Assembly: GCA_964482955.1 (NCBI GenBank)
Contig: CAYZZW010000003.1
Span: 68,676 to 132,675 of the forward strand
Length of the DNA: 64,000 nucleotides
From: an uncultured Treponemataceae bacterium
Lineage (GTDB): Bacteria > Spirochaetota > Spirochaetia > Treponematales > UBA12059
Direction of reading: 5' to 3'
Part shown: positions 18,591-30,190 of the stretch, piece by piece
How the letters are laid out: each line of letters begins with the position of its first letter
Numbering within the stretch: position 1 is the stretch's first letter
Position numbers and translations under genes: made by a program
The notes under the pieces: model-generated
Database searches by the model: none
The model's input: the letters and a program-made list of their open reading frames with translations, nothing else
Told to the model about the DNA's origin: nothing

Positions 18591-19372
18591 CGAAACCGAA
18601 AGCGCTCGTGCTGCACGCCGCGGGCACCAACCGCGACCCGGACGCCTGCGCCGCACTCGAGCTCGCGGGCGCCCAGCCTGAGATCGTCCACGTCAACCAG
18701 CTCAGGCGGAAGGAGCGCCGCATTTCGGACTACCAGATGCTCCTCCTCCCGGGCGGCTTTTCCTACGCGGACGCGCTCGGCGCGGGAAGGCTCATCGCGC
18801 TTGACCTCACGCGCTACTTCGAGGACGAAGTGAAAGCCTTCGTCGAGAGCGGCAAGCCCGTCATCGGCATCTGCAACGGCTTTCAGGCGCTCGTGAAGTC
18901 GGGCATCCTGCCGGACGCGGACATCCAGCGCCCGACGCCGCGCGCCACGCTCGCGCACAACGAGCTCGGCCGCTTCGAGTGCCGCTGGGTATTCCTCGAG
19001 GCGAAGGACGGTCCCTGCGTCTGGACGAAGGGAATCGGCCAGCCGATCTTCTGCCCCATCGCGCACGGCGAAGGCAACTTCGTGACGGATTCGGAAGCGA
19101 CGCTCGACGAGCTCGAAAAGCGCGGCCAGCTCGCGCTCCGCTACGTGAACGCCGACGGCACGCCCGCGCGCGGCGCGTATCCGGCGAACCCGAACGGATC
19201 GCTCCGCGACGTCGCCGGCGTCTGCAACAAGCGCGGCAACGTGCTCGGCCTCATGCCGCACCCCGAGGACAACATCTTCGCCAGGCAGGACACGGGCAAG
19301 ATCGCGTCGTCCCGCGCCATCTCCGGACTCAAACTGTTCGAAAACGGCGTCCGCTACGCGGCGTCCCTGTAA
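18587..19372 (+). CDS. purQ: Phosphoribosylformylglycinamidine synthase, glutaminase subunit
   Basis: The ATG at 18587 overlaps the purL stop (ATGA). The class-I amidotransferase triad context is present (GICNGFQAL ... MPHPED). Confidence 0.9.
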   Translation: MTKPKALVLHAAGTNRDPDACAALELAGAQPEIVHVNQLRRKERRISDYQMLLLPGGFSYADALGAGRLIALDLTRYFEDEVKAFVESGKPVIGICNGFQALVKSGILPDADIQRPTPRATLAHNELGRFECRWVFLEAKDGPCVWTKGIGQPIFCPIAHGEGNFVTDSEATLDELEKRGQLALRYVNADGTPARGAYPANPNGSLRDVAGVCNKRGNVLGLMPHPEDNIFARQDTGKIASSRAISGLKLFENGVRYAASL

Positions 19373-19411
19373 GCATACCCCCGCGCCAACGACACGACGA
19401 GGAGGAACGAC

Positions 19412-20382
<971 letters not shown>

Positions 20383-20386
<4 letters not shown>

Positions 20387-20883
20387 AGCCGCTCCTCGTC
20401 ATCCTCATGGGCTCCAAGGCCGACGAAGCCCACTGCGCCAAGATCGCGGAGGCCGCCGCCGCGTTCGGCATCGAGACCGAGACGCGCATCGGCAGCGCCC
20501 ACAAGACTCCGGCCCACGTCATGCGCATCCTCGAAGCGCACGAAGCCTCCGGCCGGCCCACGGTCTTCGTCACCGTGGCGGGACGCTCGAACGCGCTGTC
20601 CGGCTTCACCGACGCGTCGCTCAGCCTTCCCGTCATCGCGTGCCCGCCGCCCTCGGACGCTTTCGCGGGAGCGGACCTCTATTCGTCCATCCGCATGCCC
20701 TCGGGCGTCGCGCCGGCCTTCGTGCTGGAGCCGGCCAACGCGGCCCTGCTCGCCGCGAAGATCTTCGGCGTGTCCGACGCCGCGGTGCGCGACAAGGTGC
20801 GCGCCTACCAGCGGGCGCAAGCCGACAAGATCGTCAAGGACGACGAGGCGGTTTCGAAGCTGCCCGGCGGAGGCACGCGATGA
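20383..20883 (+). CDS. purE: PurE; the sequence suggests the class II (AIR carboxylase) type
   Basis: The GTG at 20383 overlaps the purC stop (GTGA). The product is VKPLLVILMGSKADEAH...RIGSAHKTPAHV...VAGRSNALSG. The SAHK (Lys) motif replaces the SAHR of class I N5-CAIR mutases. No purK is present in the operon. Confidence 0.85.
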
Positions 20884-22310
20884 GCGATCCCCTCCGGCGG
20901 GACGAGCGGCCGCGCGAGGAGTGCGGCGTCGTCGCGGTGGCGTCGAAGGGATCCGACGCGGCCACCACCGCCTTCTACGGCATCTACGCGCTCCAGCACC
21001 GCGGACAGGAGGCGGCGGGCATCGTCACGCACGACGGCGTCGCCGCGCACATCCACAAGGACGTGGGGCTCGTGTCGCGCGTCTTCGGCGAAAAGGAGAT
21101 CGCGTCGCTCCCCGGCGGCATGGCCATCGGGCACACGCGCTACTCGACCACCGGCGCCTCGAGCGCGCGCAACGCGCAACCGTTCCTCATCGAGACGCGG
21201 TACGGCCAGGCCGCGCTCGCGCACAACGGCAACCTCGTGAACGCCCCCGAACTGCGGAAGAAGCTTCTCGAGCGCGGCGTGGGGCTCTCGTCGGCTTCAG
21301 ACACCGAGCTCATGGTGATGACCCTGGCGTCCGCGGAGGGAAGCGATTGGCCCGAGCGCATCGTCAACGCGATGAAGTCGTGGACCGGCGCGTTTTCATT
21401 CGTGACCGTCGTGGGCGGCCGCGTCTTCGCCGCGCGCGATCCCTGGGGCTTCCGCCCGCTCAGTTGCGGCACGCTGCCGGACGGCGGCACGGCGGCGGCG
21501 TCGGAAACCTGCGCCCTGCGCACCATCGGCTGCGAAGCGACGACCGAGGTCGAGCCCGGCGCCGTCGTCGAGCTCACGCCGAGCGGCGTGGTCAGGCACC
21601 CCGGGCTGCCTCCCGCCAAGCGCCTCGCCTCGTGCGTGTTCGAGTTCATCTACTTCGCCCGTCCGGACAGCGTGTGGAACGGAATCTCAGTCCACGAAGC
21701 CAGGCGGCGCTTCGGCGCCATGCTGGCCGAGGAAGCCCCTGTGGAGGCGGACATCGTCATACCCGTGCCGGACTCCTCCATCTCCGCGGCCATCGGCTAC
21801 GCCGCGAAAGCGGGCCTCCCGTACGACGAGGGCTTCGTGAAGAACCGCTACATCGGCCGCACCTTCATCCAGCCGACGCAGGCGCTCCGTAAGCAGGGCG
21901 TGGCGCTCAAGTTCAACGCCCTGCCGCATACGGTGAAGGGCAAGCGCCTCGTCGTCGTGGACGATTCGATCGTGCGCGGCACGACGGCCGGTCCCCTCAT
22001 CGCCCTGCTTCGCAAGGCCGGCGCGAAGGAAGTGCACCTGCGCGTATCCAGCCCGCCGATCAAGCACCCCTGCTACATGGGCGTCGACATGGGCGAGCCT
22101 GACGACCTCATCGCCCACCGCCTTTCCGTCGAGGAGATCCGCGCCTCGATCGGCGCCGACTCGCTCGCGTACCTGTCGCTCGCCGGACTGGCCCGTTCCA
22201 TGGGCAGCGATTCCGGCTACTGCGAAGCCTGTTTTACGGGCGACTATCCGGTCGACATCGCGCCGGGATCCTCAAAGCACGGCTTCGAGGCTGGAGGGAA
22301 ACGCTCATGA
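20880..22310 (+). CDS. purF: Amidophosphoribosyltransferase
   Basis: The ATG at 20880 overlaps the purE stop (ATGA). It has an N-terminal propeptide followed by the nucleophile Cys (EECGVVAV), the PRPP motif VVVDDSIVRGTT and a C-terminal Cys cluster (YCEACFTGDYP). Confidence 0.9.
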   Translation: MSDPLRRDERPREECGVVAVASKGSDAATTAFYGIYALQHRGQEAAGIVTHDGVAAHIHKDVGLVSRVFGEKEIASLPGGMAIGHTRYSTTGASSARNAQPFLIETRYGQAALAHNGNLVNAPELRKKLLERGVGLSSASDTELMVMTLASAEGSDWPERIVNAMKSWTGAFSFVTVVGGRVFAARDPWGFRPLSCGTLPDGGTAAASETCALRTIGCEATTEVEPGAVVELTPSGVVRHPGLPPAKRLASCVFEFIYFARPDSVWNGISVHEARRRFGAMLAEEAPVEADIVIPVPDSSISAAIGYAAKAGLPYDEGFVKNRYIGRTFIQPTQALRKQGVALKFNALPHTVKGKRLVVVDDSIVRGTTAGPLIALLRKAGAKEVHLRVSSPPIKHPCYMGVDMGEPDDLIAHRLSVEEIRASIGADSLAYLSLAGLARSMGSDSGYCEACFTGDYPVDIAPGSSKHGFEAGGKRS

Positions 22311-24595
22311 AAGTTCTCGTCGTCGGATCAGGCGCCCGCGAGCACGCGATCGCCTGGAAACTGTCGCAGTCCCCGCTCGTCGACGAGTTGCTCGTCGCCC
22401 CGGGCAACGCGGGCACCGAAGCGATGGCGCGCAACGTCTCTGTCAAGGCGGAGGACGTCCCCGGCATCGTCGGACTCGCGGCAAGCGAAGGAATCGACTT
22501 CGTCGTGGTCGGCCCGGAAGGCCCGCTCGCGCTCGGCCTCGCGGACGCGATCCGCGCGAAGGGCATCCCGTGCTTCGGCCCGTCGAAGGTCGCCGCCGAG
22601 ATCGAAAGCTCCAAGGCTTTCGCGAAAGACTTCATGAAACGGCACGGCATACCCAGCGCAGCGTACGAGCGCTTCACCGACTTTGACAAGGCGCTCGCGT
22701 ACGCGAAGACGCGCGGGACCGCCGTCGTCGTCAAGGCGTCCGGACTGGCGGCGGGGAAGGGCGTCGTCGTCCCCGAGACGCCGAAGGAAGTCGAAGACGC
22801 GCTCCGCGCCTTCATGGTCGATAAAAAGCTCGGCGAAGCCGGGGCGGAAGTGGTGATCGAGGAGCGCCTGTCCGGACCGGAGCTGTCCCTGATGGCGTTC
22901 ACCGACGGGAAGACCGTCCGCCTCATGCCGCCGTCGCGCGACCACAAGCGCCTCCTCGACGGCGACCTGGGACCGAACACGGGCGGCATGGGCGCCTTCG
23001 CGCCGGTGCAGGGCATCGCGCCCGCGCTCCTCGAGGAGATCGAGGCGAAAATCATGCGCCCCGCGATCGAAGGACTCGCGAAGGACGGCCGCCCGTTCTC
23101 GGGCTGTCTCTACGCCGGCCTCATGCTCACCGCGGACGGACCGCGCGTCATCGAATTCAACTGCCGCTTCGGCGATCCCGAAACCGAAGTCGTCCTGCCG
23201 CTCCTCGACGGCGACCTCCTTCCCGTCCTGTACGCCTGCGCGACCGGCAAGCTCGACTCCGTCCAACCGCGCTGGAAACACGGCGCCGCGGCGTGTGTCG
23301 TCATCGCCTCCGAAGGTTATCCCGACAGCCCCAAGACGGGGCGGGTGATCGCGGGCCTCGGCAAGACGCCCGCGGACGCGACGGTCTTCCACGCGGCCAC
23401 AGCGAAGAAAGACGGCGCGGTCGTCACGTCGGGCGGACGCGTGCTGTGCGTCGCCGGCTCGGGCGCCGATCTCTCCGCGGCAGTGAGGTCAGCCAACGCG
23501 GCCGCCGCGGCGATATCGTTCGAAGGGGCGCAGCGCCGCTCCGACATCGCCGCGCGCGAATTGACGCCCGCCGCGGGAGGCTCGGCGTACGCCTCCGCCG
23601 GCGTCGACATCGACGCGGGCAACGAAGCCGTGCGGCTCATGTCGAAGGCGGTGAAGTCCACCTACACGCCCGCCGTGCTCGCGGGCATCGGCTCGTTCGG
23701 CGGTCTCTTCGACGCGGCGGAACTCCGTTCCATGAAGAATCCCGCGCTCGTCGCGTCCACGGACGGCGTCGGCACGAAGGTGAAGCTCGCGTCGATGGCG
23801 AAGAGCTACCGCTCCGTCGGCATGGACATCGTCAACCACTGCATCGACGACATCCTCGTGCAGGGCGCGAAGCCGCTCTTTTTCCTCGATTACTTCGCCA
23901 GCTCCAAGCTCGACCCGACCCACGTGGCGGAAGTCGTCGCGGGCATGTCCGAAGCCTGCCGCGCCTCGGGCTGCGTCCTGCTGGGCGGCGAGACCGCGGA
24001 GATGCCGGGAGTCTACGCTCCCGGCGAGTTCGACATCGCGGGCACCATCGTCGGCGTCGTCGAGCGCGACATGATCCTGCCGACCCTTGATCTCGTACCC
24101 GGCGACGTCCTCGTGGGGCTCGCCTCGAGCGGCCTCCACACGAACGGCTACTCGCTGGCGCGGAAGATCTTCGAGGGCTACGACCTCAAGGCCGCGTTGC
24201 CCGAACTCGGAAGGCCGCTCGGCGAGGTGCTCCTCGCGCCGCACCGCTCGTACCTGAACGCCCTGTACCCGGTGCTCCAGAAGATGCCCGGTTCCGTGAA
24301 GGCGCTCGCGCACATCACGGGCGGCGGCTTCCCCGAAAACCTGCCGCGCGTGCTCACCGAAAGCGTGGACGCGGTGGTGCGCATGGACGCGTGGACTCCG
24401 CCCGCCATCTACGGCCTCATGCAGAGGATCGGCAAGGTGGATAGGCTCGAGATGTACCGCGTGTTCAATATGGGCATCGGCATGGTCGCCGTCGTCCCGA
24501 AGGACAAGGCGGACGATTTCCGCCGCGCCCTCGACGAGGACAGCTGGATCCTGGGCGAGCTCGTCCCGGGTTCGGGAAAGGTCAGGCTCGCGTGA
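22307..24595 (+). CDS. purD/purM: Bifunctional GAR synthetase / AIR synthetase (PurD::PurM fusion)
   Basis: 762-aa ORF. The N-terminal ~425 aa are ATP-grasp PurD (MKVLVVGSGAREHAIAWKL, NTGGMGAFAP). The C-terminal ~335 aa are PurM (GSFGGLFD, STDGVGTKVKLA, LGGETAEMPGVY). The start overlaps the purF stop. Confidence 0.9.
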   Translation: MKVLVVGSGAREHAIAWKLSQSPLVDELLVAPGNAGTEAMARNVSVKAEDVPGIVGLAASEGIDFVVVGPEGPLALGLADAIRAKGIPCFGPSKVAAEIESSKAFAKDFMKRHGIPSAAYERFTDFDKALAYAKTRGTAVVVKASGLAAGKGVVVPETPKEVEDALRAFMVDKKLGEAGAEVVIEERLSGPELSLMAFTDGKTVRLMPPSRDHKRLLDGDLGPNTGGMGAFAPVQGIAPALLEEIEAKIMRPAIEGLAKDGRPFSGCLYAGLMLTADGPRVIEFNCRFGDPETEVVLPLLDGDLLPVLYACATGKLDSVQPRWKHGAAACVVIASEGYPDSPKTGRVIAGLGKTPADATVFHAATAKKDGAVVTSGGRVLCVAGSGADLSAAVRSANAAAAAISFEGAQRRSDIAARELTPAAGGSAYASAGVDIDAGNEAVRLMSKAVKSTYTPAVLAGIGSFGGLFDAAELRSMKNPALVASTDGVGTKVKLASMAKSYRSVGMDIVNHCIDDILVQGAKPLFFLDYFASSKLDPTHVAEVVAGMSEACRASGCVLLGGETAEMPGVYAPGEFDIAGTIVGVVERDMILPTLDLVPGDVLVGLASSGLHTNGYSLARKIFEGYDLKAALPELGRPLGEVLLAPHRSYLNALYPVLQKMPGSVKALAHITGGGFPENLPRVLTESVDAVVRMDAWTPPAIYGLMQRIGKVDRLEMYRVFNMGIGMVAVVPKDKADDFRRALDEDSWILGELVPGSGKVRLA

Positions 24596-25203
24596 CGGAA
24601 ACGAAACGCGCCCGGCTCGTCGTGCTGGCGTCGGGCAACGGCTCGAACCTGCAGGCGGTCATCGACGCGTGCGCCGAAAGCCGCCTGGACGCGGTCGTGG
24701 CCGGCGTGGTTTCCGACAAGCCGGAGGCGTACGCCCTCACGCGCGCGCACGAAGCGGGCGTCACGCATGTCGCCGTCCCGAAGCGCAAGGAAGAGTCCCG
24801 GGGCGATTACGATCGCGCGTTGGCTGACGTCGTCGCGTCCTTCGATCCGGACTGGGTGCTGCTGCTCGGCTGGATGCGCGTCCTGTCGCCGGGCTTCCTC
24901 GACCGCTTTCCCGGCCGCGTCGTGAATCTGCATCCGGCCCTGCCGGGCGCCTACCCCGGCACGCACGCCATCGAGCGCGCCTTCGAGGACTGGAAATCGG
25001 GCGGCAAGCCTGAATCCGGCGTGATGACGCACCTCGTGCCGGACTCCGGCGTCGACGACGGACCGGTGCTGGGAACGCGCACGGTGCCCATCCTGCCGGG
25101 CGACACGCTCGAAGCCTTCGAAGAACGCGTACACGAAGCCGAACGGGCGCTCGTGTTCGAGACTCTTGGTCGGCTCATTTCCGAAAGCGCCACGAACCAT
25201 TGA
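24592..25203 (+). CDS. purN: GAR formyltransferase
   Basis: 203-aa ORF whose GTG overlaps the upstream stop (GTGA). Motifs are LVVLASGNGSNLQAVID and VVNLHPALPGAYPG. Confidence 0.9.
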   Translation: MTETKRARLVVLASGNGSNLQAVIDACAESRLDAVVAGVVSDKPEAYALTRAHEAGVTHVAVPKRKEESRGDYDRALADVVASFDPDWVLLLGWMRVLSPGFLDRFPGRVVNLHPALPGAYPGTHAIERAFEDWKSGGKPESGVMTHLVPDSGVDDGPVLGTRTVPILPGDTLEAFEERVHEAERALVFETLGRLISESATNH

Positions 25204-25219
25204 TTTATTGGAGGACGAC

Positions 25220-26722
25220 ATGCCCACGGCTTTGATCTCGGTGTCCGACAAGACCGGACTCGTCGATTTCGCGAAGGGACTCTCCGCGCTCGGCTGGAAG
25301 CTGCTCGCCTCCGGCGGGACCGCAAAGGCTATCCGGGACGCCGGCATCGACGCGACGGAAGTGGCGACGTACGCCGGGTCGCCCGAGATTCTCGGGGGGC
25401 GCGTGAAGACGCTCCATCCCGCGATCCACGGCGGCATCCTGGCGCGCGGCACCGACGCGGACGCCGCGGAACTCGCCAGGCAGGGCTGGGGCTACATCGA
25501 TCTCGTCGCCGTGAACCTGTATCCCTTCGAGGCGACCGTGGCCAAGCCCGGCGTCACCCTGGCGGAGGCGATCGAGGAGATTGACATCGGCGGCGTCGCG
25601 CTCATCCGGGCCGCCGCGAAGAACCACGACCGCGTGACGCTCGTCTGCGACCCCGCCGATTACGGCGCCGTGCTCGACGAGTTCAAGAAGTCGGGCTCAG
25701 TCTCGCCCGAGACGCGGACGCGACTCGCGCGGAAGGGCTTCGCGCGCACGGCCGCCTACGATTCGGCCATCTTCGCGTACCTCGATCCGGACGGCGCGAC
25801 GATGGTGCGCGGCTACTCGAAGAAGACGCTCCGTTACGGCGAAAACCCGCACCAGGAAGCCGAGTACTGGTCGCTGACGCCCGGCGGCGGACCCCTGGGC
25901 GGCGAAGTCCTCCAGGGCAAGGAACTCTCCTACAACAACATTCTCGACCTCGACGCCGCGTGGCGCGCGGTGGAATCGCTCGACGGAAACGGCGTCGTGA
26001 TCGTAAAGCACCTGTCGCCTTGCGGCATCGCGGAAGCCCCCGCGTTGCGCGACGCCGTGACGTCGGCGATAGCGTCGGATCCGGTATCGGCGTTCGGCGG
26101 CGTCATCGCCGTCAATCGCGTGATGGACTCCGCGTCCGTGGAAGCCCTCGGCGAACTCTTCGTGGAGTGCATAGCGGCCGTCGGCTTCGACGACGGGGCG
26201 CGGGCTTTGCTCTCCAAGCGGAAGAACGCGCGCCTCGTCTCGATGGGGAACGCGCCGGCCCGGACGGGGAGGGAACTCCGCACGGTGGCGGGCGGCTTCC
26301 TGTCCCAGTCGCCGGACTCGGGCGATCCCGCGGGCACCGAGTGGAAAGTCGTGTCGAAGCGGCAGCCGACGGACGCCGAACTGGCCGCGCTCCGCTTCGC
26401 GTGGAAGGCGTGTACGCACGTGAAGTCGAACGCCATCGTCTTCGCTCGGGGTACCGCGACCGTCGGCATCGGGGGCGGGCAACCGAACCGCGTCGATTGC
26501 GTGCGCATCGCCGTGAACCGCGCGGGAGAGAAATCGAAGGGCGCCGTGATGGCGTCCGACGCGTTCTTCCCGTTCCCCGACTCGATCGAGGAGGCGGCCA
26601 AGGCCGGCGTGACGGCCGTCGTGCATCCGGGCGGCTCCATCCGCGACGACCTGAGCGTGGCCGCCGCCGACGCCGCCGGCATGGCGATGGTGGTGACGGG
26701 CGTGAGGCATTTTCGGCACTGA
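25220..26722 (+). CDS. purH: Bifunctional AICAR formyltransferase / IMP cyclohydrolase
   Basis: Track ORF 25166..26722 trimmed to the ATG at 25220, which is preceded by GGAGGA. It has an MGS-like N-terminus (ALISVSDKTGLVDFAKGL, RVKTLHPAIHGGIL) and an AICARFT C-terminus. Confidence 0.9.
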   Translation: MPTALISVSDKTGLVDFAKGLSALGWKLLASGGTAKAIRDAGIDATEVATYAGSPEILGGRVKTLHPAIHGGILARGTDADAAELARQGWGYIDLVAVNLYPFEATVAKPGVTLAEAIEEIDIGGVALIRAAAKNHDRVTLVCDPADYGAVLDEFKKSGSVSPETRTRLARKGFARTAAYDSAIFAYLDPDGATMVRGYSKKTLRYGENPHQEAEYWSLTPGGGPLGGEVLQGKELSYNNILDLDAAWRAVESLDGNGVVIVKHLSPCGIAEAPALRDAVTSAIASDPVSAFGGVIAVNRVMDSASVEALGELFVECIAAVGFDDGARALLSKRKNARLVSMGNAPARTGRELRTVAGGFLSQSPDSGDPAGTEWKVVSKRQPTDAELAALRFAWKACTHVKSNAIVFARGTATVGIGGGQPNRVDCVRIAVNRAGEKSKGAVMASDAFFPFPDSIEEAAKAGVTAVVHPGGSIRDDLSVAAADAAGMAMVVTGVRHFRH

Positions 26723-26737
26723 TTTCGTAAGCATGAT

Positions 26738-28231
26738 ATGGAGGGTGATATGAACGAGAGGATTTTCGGGGGAGACGCGGCGTTGACGTTCGACGACGTG
26801 CTCGTCGTGCCGGGATACAGCGAGGTGTTGCCGTCGCAGGTGGACGTGAAGGCCACGCTGGCGCGCGGCGTCAAGCTCGGCATACCGCTCGTGTCGGCGG
26901 CCATGGACACGGTCACCGGTTCCGCGCTCGCCATCGCCATGGCGCGCATGGGCGGCATCGGCATCATCCACCGCAACATGTCGCCGGACGAGCAGGCGCT
27001 CGAGGTCGAACGCGTGAAGCGCTCCGAGTCCGGCATGATCCACGATCCCGTGTGCCTGCACGAAAGCGCCACGCTCGGCGAGGCGCTCAAGATCATGGGG
27101 TCATTCCGCATCTCCGGCATCCCCATCGTCGAGGAAGGCACGAAGAAGCTCGTCGGCATCCTCACGAACCGCGACATCCGTTTCTGCGGCCGGGAAGAAG
27201 AGGGCAAGGCCGTCCGCGAGTTCATGACGCGAGAAGGTCTCGTCACCGCCCGCGTCGGCACCACGCTCGACGAGGCGCGCGGCATCCTCCAGAAGCACCG
27301 CATCGAAAAGTTGCCGCTCGTCGACGACAAGGGCCGCCTCGAGGGACTCATCACCGTAAAGGACATACAGAAGAAGGCCGATTACCCGAACGCCTCCGTC
27401 GACTCGGACGGGCGACTCCTCGCGGGCGCGGCCGTCGGCGTCGGCGCGGACCTCGAGACGCGCGTGAAGCTCCTCGTCGCGCGCGGCGTGGACGTCGTCG
27501 CGGTGGACACGGCGCACGGCCACTCGAAGGGCGTCATCGACGCCGTGAAGCGCATCAAGGCCGTCGCGAAGGACCTGCCAGTCATCGCGGGCAACGTCGT
27601 CACCGCCGAAGGCGTCGCGGCGCTCGTGGCCGCCGGCGCGGACGCGGTGAAGATCGGCGTGGGCGCCGGCTCCATCTGCACGACGCGCATCGTCTCCGGC
27701 TCCGGCATGCCGCAACTCTCCGCCGTCTACGCCTGCGCCGTCGAAGGCAGGAAACGCGGCGTCCCGGTCATCGCGGACGGCGGCGTCAAGTATTCCGGTG
27801 ACATCGTGAAAGCCATCGTCGCGGGCGCGGAGACGGTCATGCTCGGCAGCCTCCTCGCGGGTTTGGAAGAATCGCCCGGCGAACTCATCCTCTATAATGG
27901 AAGGCAGTACAAGACCTATCGCGGCATGGGCAGCATGGGCGCGCTCCAGGGCTACGGCCGCGACCGCTACGGCACCGGCCAGTCGGGCCCGGACAAGCTC
28001 GTGCCGGAAGGCGTCGAGGGCATGATCCCGTACAAGGGCAAGCTCGAGGAATACGTCTTTCAGCTCGTCGGCGGCCTCCGCTCCGGCATGGGCTACGCGG
28101 GCGCCGCGACCCTAAACGACCTCCGCACGAAGACCGCGCTCGTCCGCATCACGAACGCCGGTCTCACCGAAAGTCACCCGCACTCGATCACCATCACCCG
28201 CGAAGCCCCGAACTACAACCGCGGCGAGTAA
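26738..28231 (+). CDS. guaB: IMP dehydrogenase
   Basis: 497-aa ORF with the catalytic loop [15 protein letters not shown] and a CBS pair in the middle. An alternative start is the second Met at 26750. Confidence 0.9.
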   Translation: MEGDMNERIFGGDAALTFDDVLVVPGYSEVLPSQVDVKATLARGVKLGIPLVSAAMDTVTGSALAIAMARMGGIGIIHRNMSPDEQALEVERVKRSESGMIHDPVCLHESATLGEALKIMGSFRISGIPIVEEGTKKLVGILTNRDIRFCGREEEGKAVREFMTREGLVTARVGTTLDEARGILQKHRIEKLPLVDDKGRLEGLITVKDIQKKADYPNASVDSDGRLLAGAAVGVGADLETRVKLLVARGVDVVAVDTAHGHSKGVIDAVKRIKAVAKDLPVIAGNVVTAEGVAALVAAGADAVKIGVGAGSICTTRIVSGSGMPQLSAVYACAVEGRKRGVPVIADGGVKYSGDIVKAIVAGAETVMLGSLLAGLEESPGELILYNGRQYKTYRGMGSMGALQGYGRDRYGTGQSGPDKLVPEGVEGMIPYKGKLEEYVFQLVGGLRSGMGYAGAATLNDLRTKTALVRITNAGLTESHPHSITITREAPNYNRGE

Positions 28232-28237
28232 ACAACG

Positions 28238-28268
28238 GCCCGGATTTCCTTTAATGGGGGATCCGGGC
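28238..28268. terminator. Hairpin between convergent guaB and the GGDEF gene (possible bidirectional terminator)
   Basis: GCCCGGAT (28238-28245) pairs with ATCCGGGC (28261-28268), and TATTT follows on the plus strand. The loop is rather long (15 nt), so confidence is moderate. Confidence 0.45.
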
Positions 28269-28296
28269 TATTTCCCAATACCGAAATACCCTGCCG

Positions 28297-30036
28297 TCAA
28301 ACGACGTGCGCCACCGTCTTCATCCCCTCCGCCCACGTGACGACCCTGTTCCGTCCCGATCGCTTGGCTTCGTAGAGGGCTTCGTCCGCACGGAGGAGGC
28401 CGGTCTCCAGGTCGAGCCCGACGGAGGAGTGGACGCCGATCGAGATCGTAAAGGAAATTTCCCTATCCTGGTGGACGAAGGACATGGCCTCCACGGATTT
28501 CCGCAGGCGCTCCGCGATCTCGCGGGCGGTGTCGGCCCCGGCTTCGGGGAGGAGGAGCGCGAATTCCTCCCCGCCGTAGCGGCAGGCGCGATCGGAGGAG
28601 CGGAGCGCGGAACCGATGACGGCGGCGAGCTTCCGGAGGGCCTCGTCGCCGGCGGCGTGCCCGTGCGTGTCGTTCACCGCCTTGAAGAAGTCGATGTCGG
28701 CCATGGCCACGGCGCAGGTCTTGCCGCGTTCGGAAAGCGACGCGACGATGCGGGCGCCCCGCTCCGTGAAGGCGCGCCGGTTCAAGAGCCCGGTGAGCCC
28801 GTCGTAGTCGGCGATCTTCCGGATCTCGGCGTTCAGACGGTGCTCCGCGAGGTTCGCGCTGATGAGCACGTCCGCCGCCCGGGCCAGCACGACTAATTCG
28901 TCGGTGCGGGCATCCGTCCCGGAGCCGGTCTCGATGCAGCTCTGGCAGGCGTCGTTGAGGCGGCGCATCACCTCCTCGATGGGCTTGAAGACGCGGTCGC
29001 GCAGGATGGCGGGGGCGGCGATCACGGCGCAAATGGACCAGACGAAGAGGAGGAAGCCGCCTGAAAAGCCGAAGGCAGCGTTTTTTTCGCGCGCGTCCGC
29101 GTAGGACATCGCCTCGGCGAAGACGGCTTCCCGCAGCATCGAGATGGAATCCAACGCTTTCACGGAGAGTTCCGAAAGGCGGACGGCGTCGTAGGGCGGC
29201 GTCGTTCCGGCGGCCAGCGCGTTCCGCACGCCGTTCAAGGCCATGCGGTATTCGCCGTTGCACAGGCGGTCCACCATGGCGAACGCGGCGGGCAGGACCG
29301 GCGAACCGAGGCTGTCGACGTACACGCGCATCGCGCGGAAGGCTTCGTCCTGCCGCCCGACGTGGCGCATGACGCTCTCCATCTCGTCGAAGGTCGGTTC
29401 GCGCCCGCTCTTGAGCAGGGCCGTCACCGCGGAGGCTTCGCTGCCGTAATAGTCGCGGAAGATGACGGTCATCACGAGCAGCCGCTCGTAGACGAAGGCG
29501 GCGCTCGAGCGCTTTCGGTCGAGCGACAGCCGAGACAGCGTGTCGCAGGTCTCCTGAACGAACGACGAGGCGCGCGCGAACCAGACCGGACGGAAGTCCG
29601 CGTCGCGACGGTCCAAGGGCTTGAGGGCTTCGGTATCGGCCTTCACCTTGAGGGCGAGCATCGATCCGTAGCGGGTGCGGAGCGCGTCGGCGATGTCGGG
29701 CGTGTCGCGACCGAGCAGCTCGAGTCCGGCATTGATGGCGTCGGTCGCCTTCGCCAGGCGCGTGGCCATGAAGGCCGCGTCCGCGTTCGACACCGGAGCC
29801 GCGGCCACGAGCACGACGTTCATGCGGCCGCGCACGAACATGAAGTCCATGCAACCGGCCAGCACGCGCTCGATCCCGGAGGTCGAGCGTTTCATCGCGG
29901 AGGAATCGCGGTAGGCTTGCATCGACTGTATGGTGATGATGAACGAGGCGACCAGGAGCGATATCGAGAGGGCGGCGACGATCGAGTTGATGACGGTTTC
30001 GAGGCGACCTTGCCGTTGGTACCGTACGCGTCCCAT
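28297..30036 (-). CDS. Membrane-bound diguanylate cyclase (GGDEF) with an extracytoplasmic sensor region
   Basis: 579-aa ORF. Two hydrophobic segments (IVAALSISLLVASFIITIQSM and GFLLFVWSICAVIAAPAIL) bracket a region of roughly 280 aa. The active site is RYGGEEFALLL, and an RSSD (RxxD I-site) lies five residues upstream. Confidence 0.9.
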   Translation of the reverse strand: MGRVRYQRQGRLETVINSIVAALSISLLVASFIITIQSMQAYRDSSAMKRSTSGIERVLAGCMDFMFVRGRMNVVLVAAAPVSNADAAFMATRLAKATDAINAGLELLGRDTPDIADALRTRYGSMLALKVKADTEALKPLDRRDADFRPVWFARASSFVQETCDTLSRLSLDRKRSSAAFVYERLLVMTVIFRDYYGSEASAVTALLKSGREPTFDEMESVMRHVGRQDEAFRAMRVYVDSLGSPVLPAAFAMVDRLCNGEYRMALNGVRNALAAGTTPPYDAVRLSELSVKALDSISMLREAVFAEAMSYADAREKNAAFGFSGGFLLFVWSICAVIAAPAILRDRVFKPIEEVMRRLNDACQSCIETGSGTDARTDELVVLARAADVLISANLAEHRLNAEIRKIADYDGLTGLLNRRAFTERGARIVASLSERGKTCAVAMADIDFFKAVNDTHGHAAGDEALRKLAAVIGSALRSSDRACRYGGEEFALLLPEAGADTAREIAERLRKSVEAMSFVHQDREISFTISIGVHSSVGLDLETGLLRADEALYEAKRSGRNRVVTWAEGMKTVAHVV

Positions 30037-30085
30037 GCTTCAACTATACCGGAGCGGGGGCTCCGCGGCAAACGGGCAAAGGAAA

Positions 30086-30120
30086 GGAAGGCCGGCGGAC
30101 GCGCGGTCCGCCGGCCTTCC
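30086..30120 (-). terminator. Strong hairpin downstream of the DAACS symporter gene
   Basis: A 15-bp perfect stem, GGAAGGCCGGCGGAC (30086-30100) with GTCCGCCGGCCTTCC (30106-30120), and a 5-nt loop. On the minus strand it is followed by TTTCCTTTG, a modest U-tract. Confidence 0.6.
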
Positions 30121-30190
30121 TGTTCGGTTCATGCGATTCCGGGAACCCGATGGGATTCGGAATCCGGACGGATCCCGGAACCGGCCCGGA

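Noticed and set aside
15534-18656. 1040-aa ORF on the minus strand
   Set aside because: It is antisense to purL and the start of purQ. Its composition is Arg/Gly/Ala/Asp/His-rich with no motifs, whereas the plus-strand genes are clearly real.
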